From positions 928,001 through 992,000 of the forward strand of contig CBDCYI010000011.1 in the NCBI GenBank assembly GCA_965224085.1: a stretch of 64,000 nt of DNA, read 5' to 3'. Below are positions 56,986-64,000 of the stretch, one piece after another (position 1 is the first letter of the stretch; every line of letters starts with the position of its first letter). Both the position numbers and the translations under genes were made by a program. This DNA comes from Candidatus Marinacidobacterales bacterium (GTDB lineage Bacteria; Acidobacteriota; Vicinamibacteria; Marinacidobacterales; SMYC01). The notes beneath the pieces are model-generated. The model saw only the letters and a program-made list of their open reading frames with translations. It was not told the DNA's origin and did no database searches.

Positions 56986-58221
56986 TTAATATTGACCTTC
57001 CCTCGAACCTGTCATATTCATCGCGCCAGTCGCTCGGCCAGCGTCGCGCGCGTCATCGAGGGTGTCTTGAAGCCTCTGGGTGTCGTGGCCGCCGCCCTGA
57101 GATATTTGCGACGAACCACCGCCGCGGCCGCCGACGAGCCCGACGGATCCGCCTAGAAGCTCTGCCATGGAAGCGTCGACGTCGGCCGAGCGCGCGAAAA
57201 CGAGATGAGCCCGGCCATCGTCGATGGCGCCCAGGAGCAAAACACGTCCGGGCTCGGTCGCGAGCTGCATCGCGATCACCCGAAGCTCCGCGGCGCCGAC
57301 GCCCGGGATGTCGCGGGTGAGAACACCCACACCGTTGATGACGTCGGCGTCACGCATCCACATTTCCGCACTCGCCGCGAGTGCCTCGCTTCTGAGCCGC
57401 CTTAGCTGCTTTCCCATGGATTTGCGCTCGTCCTGAAGCTTCTTGGCCGTATCGACGAGATCGGCTTCCGAGCTGCTGAGAACGCTCGCAAGCGATCGGA
57501 TTCGGCGCACCGTCGTGCGGTAGTCTCGAAGCGCGCGCTCGCCGCAGAGAAACTCGACCCGGGTGCTGTCTTTGAGCTTTTCGAGACCGCGGATGACGAC
57601 GGGACCGATCTCCGCACTCGAGCGTGGGTGCGTACCGCAGCAGGCTTGATGGTCGAAGCCTTCCACCTCGACGATGCGAAGCGAGTCTTGTTTCGGTGGC
57701 GTTTTTCTGAGCTCGAGGGTTAGAGCTTCGACGCCGGAGACGAAGCGGCTCTTGATGCGTACGGCGCGCGCGACGACGTCGTTAGCGGCGCGTTCGGCCG
57801 CGTCGAGCTCTTTGTCTGACAGGGAAGATTTATCGAGATCAATCGTCGAGACCTTGGTGCCGAGATGGAAGGAGGTCGTCTCGGCCCCGGCATCGCGGAC
57901 GAAAGCGGCGGAGAGCACGTGCTGGCCCGCATGCTGTTGCATGTGATCGTGCCGCCTCGCGGTGTCGATCTCACAGTGAACGTTAACGCGTTCGGGACGC
58001 TTCTCGACGAAGTGGAGAATCGTGTCGTCGTCGGACTCCAGCACCTTCGTGACCGCGATCCCGTCGATCGTACCCAGATCGTAGGGTTGTCCACCGGATT
58101 CGGGATAGAAGTGGGTCGCCTCGAATACGAGGGCGGTGCCTTCGGGCAGATCGCGCGTCTCGAGGATCTCGGCCTCGAAAGACGTGACGTAGGGGTCTTC
58201 TAGATAGAGCTTCTTCGTCAT
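56986..58221 (-). CDS. Alanyl-tRNA editing protein AlaX-L (with DHHA1 domain)
   Basis: FYPESGGQPYDLG, HMQQHAGQH, ACCGTH, GGRGGG. Confidence 0.92.
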   Translation of the reverse strand: MTKKLYLEDPYVTSFEAEILETRDLPEGTALVFEATHFYPESGGQPYDLGTIDGIAVTKVLESDDDTILHFVEKRPERVNVHCEIDTARRHDHMQQHAGQHVLSAAFVRDAGAETTSFHLGTKVSTIDLDKSSLSDKELDAAERAANDVVARAVRIKSRFVSGVEALTLELRKTPPKQDSLRIVEVEGFDHQACCGTHPRSSAEIGPVVIRGLEKLKDSTRVEFLCGERALRDYRTTVRRIRSLASVLSSSEADLVDTAKKLQDERKSMGKQLRRLRSEALAASAEMWMRDADVINGVGVLTRDIPGVGAAELRVIAMQLATEPGRVLLLGAIDDGRAHLVFARSADVDASMAELLGGSVGLVGGRGGGSSQISQGGGHDTQRLQDTLDDARDAGRATGAMNMTGSREGQY

Positions 58222-58810
58222 CAGAAATACTTGGCTCCAGATGCCGTGTTGAACAAAACGACGGTCTCTTCGTCACCCACCCAACGCTCGTCGACGAGAG
58301 CCTCGAGCGCGGCGACGACACACCCGCGCGGTGCGTCTCGCGGCACGACGACGTGAGCCGGCAAGCCGGCCCGCGCTGCGTAGGCGGCGAGAGCGCCTCC
58401 GGCGTTGCCAGCCGAGGCCACAGCGAGCTCTTTCGCGCCGCGCGCGACCGCCATCGACACCGCGACCGCCATCCCTCGCACCTTGAAGCTTGCGGTGGGG
58501 TTCAGGCCTTCATCTTTGATGTAGAGGCGGGAAAGTCCGAGCCGTGCGCCTTGCCGATCGGCTCGCAGAAGCGGCGTGCCGCCTTCGCCCAGAGCAAGGA
58601 TCTGGTGGGTGTCGGCTAGCGGCAAAAGCTCCCGGTAGCGCCAAATGTTGAATAGACGGTCCGTGAGCGCGTCCGGCTGGAACGAGGCGCGCGCCCGATC
58701 CGTGTCGTAGCGAGCGAGCAAGGGAGCGCGGGCTCGCGACAGATGCTGAATCTCGAGCTTCTCATACGACTCTCCCGTACGAGAACATTCGAGGTGAGTA
58801 AAGAACGTCT
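58221..58810 (-). pseudogene. thrC: Threonine synthase with large in-frame internal deletion
   Basis: HLECSRTG..LLARYD, IWRYRELLP, LGEGGTPL, NPTASFK, SAGNAG, then an abrupt jump near 58325 to C-terminal VVLFNTASGAKYF; no ATG/GTG/TTG start between 58721 and the upstream in-frame stop. Confidence 0.75.
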
Positions 58811-58899
58811 TCTCTGCCCTTTCGCCGATAAAAAGAACTACTGTCCTGTATCAGAAGTTCGTTGCTAAAGCTCGAGGCCGTTTTGTGCGCTCTCGAGGT

Positions 58900-59457
58900 C
58901 TAGACGGTCATCAATTCCTGCTCTTTGTTCTTCACGATCTCGTCGACCTCGTTGACGTGCTCGTCGGTCAGGCCCTGCACTTGCTTGAGAGCGCGCTTCT
59001 CGTCGTCCTCCGAAATCTCCTTGTCTTTGAGCATTCGCTTGAGCCGATCGTTCACGTCCCGGCGAACCTGGCGGAGCGCGGTGCGGCCTTCTTCCGCCAT
59101 CTTGCCTACCTGCTTGACGAGTAGCTTCCGCCGTTCTTCCGTGAGCGGAGGGATGTGGATGCGGAGGGTCTTCCCGTCATTGGCCGGGTTCAAGTCGAGA
59201 TCCGACGAAAGAATCGCTTTTTCGATCGTCTCGAGCAAGTGTGGCTCCCACGGCTGGACGGTGATCAGATTGCCTTCGGGCACGGCCATATTAGTGACCT
59301 GATTGAGAGGTGTCGGAGCGCCATAATAATCTACCGTGACACCGTCCAAGATGGCCAGTGAGGCGCGCCCCGTCCGGACGGAAGCGAGATCCTTCCGGAG
59401 GACCTCGAGCGTCTTATCCATCCGGCGCTTGGCGTCTGCGATGAGTTCTTTTTCCAT
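58900..59457 (-). CDS. frr: Ribosome recycling factor
   Basis: VRTGRAS, DYYGAPTPL, NPANDG, PPLTEERRK. Confidence 0.98.
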   Translation of the reverse strand: MEKELIADAKRRMDKTLEVLRKDLASVRTGRASLAILDGVTVDYYGAPTPLNQVTNMAVPEGNLITVQPWEPHLLETIEKAILSSDLDLNPANDGKTLRIHIPPLTEERRKLLVKQVGKMAEEGRTALRQVRRDVNDRLKRMLKDKEISEDDEKRALKQVQGLTDEHVNEVDEIVKNKEQELMTV

Positions 59458-59486
59458 GACATCCTCCTGTCAGGCCCCTCAGGGAT

Positions 59487-60194
59487 TCAATCGACTCGAG
59501 TTCCAATTTTCTCGCCAGCCACGACACGCTTCATGTTGCCCCGTTGTTTGATATCGAAGACGATGATGGGGAGCGCATTGTCGAGACATAACGAGATGGC
59601 CGTCGTGTCCATCACTTGGAGGCCTTTTTCGAGCACTTGCATATAGGTGATGCGCTCGTAGAACTCCGCGTCGGGGTGTTTTTCCGGGTCGGCGGAATAG
59701 ATCCCGTCGACGCGCGTTCCCTTCAAGATGATGTCGGCTTTGATCTCCATCGCGCGGAGCGCGGCCGCGGTATCCGTCGAAAAATAAGGATTGCCCGTGC
59801 CCGCGGCGAAGATCACGATCCGCCCCTTTTCGAGATGGCGAATCGCGCGGCGGCGGATGAAGGGCTCGGCGACCTCGTGCATCTCGATCGCCGACATGAC
59901 CCGAGTATTGATGCCGAGTTTCTCGAGTGCGTCCTGTAGTGCCACCGCATTGATGACCGTCGCGAGCATGCCCATATGATCGGCGGCGACGCGGTCCATC
60001 CCGCGCGCGGACGGCGCCACCCCGCGAAAGATGTTTCCCCCGCCGATCACGCAGGATGTCTGAACTCCGAGAGAGTGGACTTCCTGGAGCTCCTCCGCCA
60101 TTTTGGAGGCAACTTCGGGATCAATCCCGAACGACTGATCACCCATCAGGACTTCTCCGGAGAGTTTGACGAGAATGCGCTTAAAAACAGACAT
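59487..60194 (-). CDS. pyrH: UMP kinase
   Basis: [35 protein letters not shown]; start trimmed to ATG 60194. Confidence 0.98.
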   Translation of the reverse strand: MSVFKRILVKLSGEVLMGDQSFGIDPEVASKMAEELQEVHSLGVQTSCVIGGGNIFRGVAPSARGMDRVAADHMGMLATVINAVALQDALEKLGINTRVMSAIEMHEVAEPFIRRRAIRHLEKGRIVIFAAGTGNPYFSTDTAAALRAMEIKADIILKGTRVDGIYSADPEKHPDAEFYERITYMQVLEKGLQVMDTTAISLCLDNALPIIVFDIKQRGNMKRVVAGEKIGTRVD

Positions 60195-60341
60195 ATTGCG
60201 GACAGGCTCCTTCGACATCAATCTGAAGTTCGTGCCCCTCCCGTAGGGAACTCAGATTAATCCCTGCTGTGGGGACCCATCGCTCGCGTCGCGCGCGCGG
60301 CGCTTCGGCTCAGAGCTCCCTTCGACGAGGGCAGGAGAGTA

Positions 60342-60950
60342 CTAAAGAGCTTCGCCGCGTTCAAACCGCACGAAGCGGCGGATCTGGATGTTCTCTTTGA
60401 GCACCGCGATTCGGGATTTCAGGAACTGCTCGACCGTCTGGTCGGGATTCTTGATGAAAGCTTGTTCGAGAAGCACGTTCTCCGAATAGAACTTCGAGAG
60501 TCTGCCCTCGACGATCTTCTCGATCACATTGGCCGGCTTACCGGAAGCTTCCGCTTGGCTCGTGAGGATCTCGCGCTCTTTGTCGAGCGCGTCCTTCGGG
60601 ACGTCCTCGCGGCGCACCCATCGGGCCGCCGAAGGCGCCGCCGCGGCCACTTGCATGCCGAGGTCCCGCACGAGCTCTTGGAACTCGTCGGTATTGGCCA
60701 CGAAGTCGGTCTCGCAATTCACCTCGATGAGAACGCCCACGCGTCCACCCGTGTGGATGTAGGAGCCGACGCGCCCCTCTGTCGTCGAGCGCCCGGATTT
60801 CGTTTCGGCGGCCGCCTGTCCTTTTTTGCGGAGGATGGTGACGGCTTCCTCGAGGTTGCCACCGGCTTCCTGGAGCGCTTTTTTGCACTCCATGAGTCCG
60901 GATCCTGTCTTTTCGCGGAGCTCTTTGACTTGCTGTGCGGAAATAGTCAT
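60342..60950 (-). CDS. tsf: Elongation factor Ts (short form)
   Basis: VKELREKTG.GLMECKKAL, EVNCETDFVA. Confidence 0.98.
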   Translation of the reverse strand: MTISAQQVKELREKTGSGLMECKKALQEAGGNLEEAVTILRKKGQAAAETKSGRSTTEGRVGSYIHTGGRVGVLIEVNCETDFVANTDEFQELVRDLGMQVAAAAPSAARWVRREDVPKDALDKEREILTSQAEASGKPANVIEKIVEGRLSKFYSENVLLEQAFIKNPDQTVEQFLKSRIAVLKENIQIRRFVRFERGEAL

Positions 60951-61034
60951 GGTTCTAGCCTTTTCTAAGAATGCGGCAGTAAAAGATTGAAGCCGGGGAT
61001 GGCAGCCCCCCGGGATGCGCGGTCAGTATCCGTG

Positions 61035-61937
61035 TCAGGCGGGAGAAGAGGTCGTCGTCGCCGAATCTTCCTTGGCGTTCTCAGCAGCCTTGGCATTCTC
61101 AGCTGGCTCAGCTGGCTCAGCTGGCGCAGCTGGCGCAGCTGCCTCAGCTGGCTCAGCTGGCGGCTCAGAGGCGCTCGACGATTCCTTCGAGCTTTCTTTT
61201 TCAGCCGAGCCCGGCTCGCCTTCGGGGCCCGTCGCGGCTTCGGGCACCTCCTTAGTCATATCGCGTCCCGCAATAACTGCATCCGCGATTCGCGAAGTGA
61301 AGAGCTTGATCGCACGGAGCGCGTCGTCGTTGCCCGGAATCACGTAGTCCACGACGTCCGGGTCGCAGTTGGTATCGACGATGGCGATTACGGGAATCCC
61401 GAGCTTGCGGGCTTCGTGCACGGCGATCTCTTCGCGGTTGGCGTCCACGACGAAAATCGCATGCGGTAGACCGCCCATGTCGATAATACCGCACAGGTTC
61501 TTGTCGAGACGCTTGCGCTCTTTGTCTAGACGCGAGAGCTCTTTCTTGGAAAGTTCGTCGAAACGGCCGTCTTCCATCATCGAGGTCAACTCGCGTAGCC
61601 GGGCGATGCTCTTCTCGATCGTGATGAAGTTTGTGAGAAGCCCGCCGAGCCAGCGCTCGTTGACGTAGTACATACCAGCACGCTGAGCCTCTTCGGCAAC
61701 GACTTCCTGGGCTTGACGCTTCGTCCCGATGAACAGGATTTTCTTTCCCTCGGTGCCGAGCTGAGTGGCGAACTTCAGGGCCACTTTGAAGAGCCGGAGC
61801 GTCTTCTGCAAATCGACGATATAAATACCGTTGCGTTCGCCGAAGATATACTGCCGCATCTTTGGGTTCCAGCGCTTGGTCTGGTGGCCGAAATGCACGC
61901 CCGCCTCGAGCAGCTCTTTCATCGTAATCGAAGACAA
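61035..61937 (-). CDS. rpsB: 30S ribosomal protein S2 with Ala/Glu/Pro-rich C-terminal tail
   Basis: [36 protein letters not shown]. Confidence 0.98.
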   Translation of the reverse strand: MSSITMKELLEAGVHFGHQTKRWNPKMRQYIFGERNGIYIVDLQKTLRLFKVALKFATQLGTEGKKILFIGTKRQAQEVVAEEAQRAGMYYVNERWLGGLLTNFITIEKSIARLRELTSMMEDGRFDELSKKELSRLDKERKRLDKNLCGIIDMGGLPHAIFVVDANREEIAVHEARKLGIPVIAIVDTNCDPDVVDYVIPGNDDALRAIKLFTSRIADAVIAGRDMTKEVPEAATGPEGEPGSAEKESSKESSSASEPPAEPAEAAAPAAPAEPAEPAENAKAAENAKEDSATTTSSPA

Positions 61938-61952
61938 CCGGAAAATCCTCCC

Positions 61953-62354
61953 TTAACGTTTGGAGTACTGGAAGCGTTTGCGCGCGCCGGGCTGGCCGAA
62001 CTTCTTGCGCTCTTTGATTCTCGAATCTCGAGTCAAGAACCCGCCTTTCTTCAGCCGGCCTCGAAGCTCTTGATTGAATTCGCAGAGCGCGCGGCTGATT
62101 CCGAGGCGCATGGCCCACGCTTGGCCGGTGCTGCCACCGCCCGCGATGTTGGCATAGATATCGAACTTGTCGACCGACTCGGTCAAGGCGAGCGGCTGTT
62201 TGAGGATCATCTTCAGCGCATCGCTCGGGAAATAGTCTTCGATGGTCCGCTTGTTGATTTTGATTTCGCCGCTGCCTGGACGTAGATAGACGCGGGCTAT
62301 CGACGATTTTCGCTTGCCGGTCCCGTAATACTGGATCTTGCTAGATGTAGCCAA
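61953..62354 (-). CDS. rpsI: 30S ribosomal protein S9
   Basis: [33 protein letters not shown]. Confidence 0.98.
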   Translation of the reverse strand: MATSSKIQYYGTGKRKSSIARVYLRPGSGEIKINKRTIEDYFPSDALKMILKQPLALTESVDKFDIYANIAGGGSTGQAWAMRLGISRALCEFNQELRGRLKKGGFLTRDSRIKERKKFGQPGARKRFQYSKR

Positions 62355-62447
62355 AGTCCTTGGAGCTCCTTTTCGCTGGATACATGTCCACTCAGGTTAA
62401 GAGGCGCGGTCCTCGTTGACGGGATTCAGATTTTGCCGCATTTCGAG

Positions 62448-62894
62448 CTAGCGTGGAACGCGAGTCCTGAGCTCGAGCGACGAAGGTTTCTGCGCCTCAT
62501 GCGGGTGCACTGAGCCCCGATAGACCTTCAACTTTCGAAATTGCGCGCGCCCGACCCGGTTCTTTGGAAGCATCCCACGAACCGCCGATTCAATGAGCCG
62601 CTCGGGATGCTTGCTCCTTACCTCTTCAGCGCGAGCTTCACGGATACCGCCTGGGTAGCCCGTATGCCTGTAGTAGACTTTGCTCTGCTCTTTGCTGCCT
62701 GTCAGAACAACTTTGTCGGCATTAATAACGATGACGTGATCGCCAGTGTCGAGAAACGGAGCGTAGCCCGGCTTCTCCTTGCCGGTCAGGACCTGAGCGA
62801 TACGGCTTGCGAGACGACCCAGCACTTGGCCTTCCGCATCCACGACGTGCCAAGCACGGTGGACGTCACTCTTCTTCAAAAAGGTGGTCGTCAT
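62448..62894 (-). CDS. rplM: 50S ribosomal protein L13
   Basis: WHVVDAEGQVLGRLAS, DTGDHVIVINA, HTGYPGG, GMLPKN, HPHEAQKP. Confidence 0.98.
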   Translation of the reverse strand: MTTTFLKKSDVHRAWHVVDAEGQVLGRLASRIAQVLTGKEKPGYAPFLDTGDHVIVINADKVVLTGSKEQSKVYYRHTGYPGGIREARAEEVRSKHPERLIESAVRGMLPKNRVGRAQFRKLKVYRGSVHPHEAQKPSSLELRTRVPR

Positions 62895-62918
62895 GAATCT
62901 CCACGGACAAGCTACTAG

Positions 62919-62951
62919 AAAAAAAAATTTGGGCGATGGAAAATCGCCCAA
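62919..62951 (-). terminator. Terminator-like hairpin plus U-tract in the rplM leader
   Basis: Minus strand TTGGGCGAT-TTTCC-ATCGCCCAA followed by A and nine T. Confidence 0.55.
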
Positions 62952-62957
62952 GCGAGT

Positions 62958-62986
62958 AACTTAATTGTCGTTGCCCGGGTTGTCAA
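62958..62986 (-). promoter_or_regulatory. Putative sigma70 promoter of the rplM operon
   Basis: Minus strand TTGACA-17 nt-TAAGTT. Confidence 0.55.
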
Positions 62987-63081
62987 GGAAAAAGCCTCAA
63001 ACGGCCCTCGGCGTATTCGCCGCCGCGAGGCGGGGCTAGCCCATGTTTACCCTTTATGGGCACCCTAACGCTCGTAAGTGA

Positions 63082-64000
63082 CTGAATTCAAAGGAACGGG
63101 GGTTGAATTTTGCCCAAAACGTAGAGACAGAGATTGTGCTTTGTGCGCCATTAATACGTTGTAATCGTGGACAATGATATGTAGTATGCGTGAGGACAGA
63201 CGCGTGGGATTGGGGTCCGATGGTGGTGACGGCGACGCTGTGGCGCGAGCTCGGACTGGAGCAGATTCTCGACCGGCTCGGAGGCCGCGGCAAGCGCGAC
63301 GGAGTGGCGCTAAGCGAGCGAGCTTTGGTGCTGGTCGCCAACCGGCTATGTGCTCCGTCAAGCGAGCACGGTCTGGCGCGCTGGCTCGAGACCGACTTCG
63401 TCTGCGACCGGCAGGGGCGGCGGTGGGTGCCGCAGTGGCGCGATGATGGGGAGCGGCGAGCGAGTCGCTCCCCGCGGGTTCGCGTGGAGTTTCGCCAACT
63501 CAAGCAATGGTACCGAACGCTCGACCAGCTGCATGCCCGCAAAGAACAGATCGAGAAAGAGCTGTTTTTGCGCTTGCGGGATCTGTTTTCGCTTGAGGTT
63601 GACATGGTGTTTTACGACCTGACGTCGACGTACTTCGAAGGTCAAGGCCCTCCGGGGCTCGGCGCCCACGGCTACAGTCGCGACCGCAGACCGCGTAACC
63701 GGCAAGTGCTTGTCGGTCTGGTGATGGTGGACGGTTGGCCGATCGCCCACCATGTTTTCGCCGGCAACTGGCGTGACGCGAAAACGGTGCCGCAGGTGCT
63801 CAACGATCTCAACGAACGATTCGGTTTGCACCGCGTGGTTTTTGTCGGCGACCGAGGGATGGTAACGAGCGACAGCCTGGCGGTGGTGCGCTCGCGCAAG
63901 CAGGGCTATCTCGTCGGGCTGCAAAGACGACGGCGCGAGGAGGTCTATCGTTACATCGAGCGCGCCAGCGGAGAGTGGATCGACTGCCCTGGTGGCATCA
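63082..64000 (+). mobile_element. IS1634-family insertion sequence (left part), DDE transposase running off the window
   Basis: Frame from 63190/63220 reads WDWGP..LWRELGL..VANRLCAPSSE..YRTLD..VFYDLTSTYFEG..GYSRD.RP..FAGN.RD..VFVGDRGM; left end near CTGAATTC at 63082 is approximate. Confidence 0.88.

Noticed and set aside
56262-57320. 352-aa plus-strand ORF
   Set aside because: Overlaps DUF72, TonB-like and alaX genes on the minus strand; no motifs
52225-58221. Functional link between tRNA-Ala and the alaX editing gene
   Set aside because: About 4.7 kb apart with unrelated genes between; likely coincidental
61095-61170. 9-bp CTCAGCTGG repeats
   Set aside because: They encode the ordinary low-complexity EPA tail of RpsB
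1-64000. Sigma-54 promoter for NtrX targets
   Set aside because: No convincing intergenic TGGCAC-N5-TTGC motif found by eye

Overview
GC-rich bacterial chromosomal window. Gene content and order (DUF4390-ntrY-ntrX, rplM-rpsI-rpsB-tsf-pyrH-frr, SgmX-like TPR protein, PEGA kinases) suggest Acidobacteriota, possibly Vicinamibacteria; this is inference only. Housekeeping blocks: ftsY; ribD-ribE-ribBA; ffh-rpsP-khpA-rimM-trmD-rplS; thiE; LD-carboxypeptidase-mpl; lolA; the frr-to-rplM translation operon; tRNA-Ala(CGC). Between these lies a dense signalling set: FHA-GAF-adenylate cyclase, two HD-GYP proteins, a stand-alone cNMP-binding protein, a cNMP-FHA fusion, a PP2C/Ser-Thr kinase/TPR/PEGA/FHA operon, an SgmX-like TPR protein, a Tgl/PilW-like TPR protein and an orphan lipoprotein secretin. 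The strongest hidden signal is an in-frame UGA (54574-54576) in a W-U-P-Y-C redox motif followed by a SECIS-like hairpin. It joins two ORFs into one exported selenoprotein (redoxin plus DsbD-N-like domain). Also present: an att-site scar (four TGCTACCC repeats plus an IHF consensus site) with decayed hicB-hicA and SGNH genes beside tRNA-Ala; an internally deleted threonine synthase; intergenic short-repeat stem-loops; three single-base frameshifts that are probably sequencing errors; and an IS1634-family transposase running off the right end. No CRISPR array or rRNA was seen. All family assignments come from motif recognition, not database searches.
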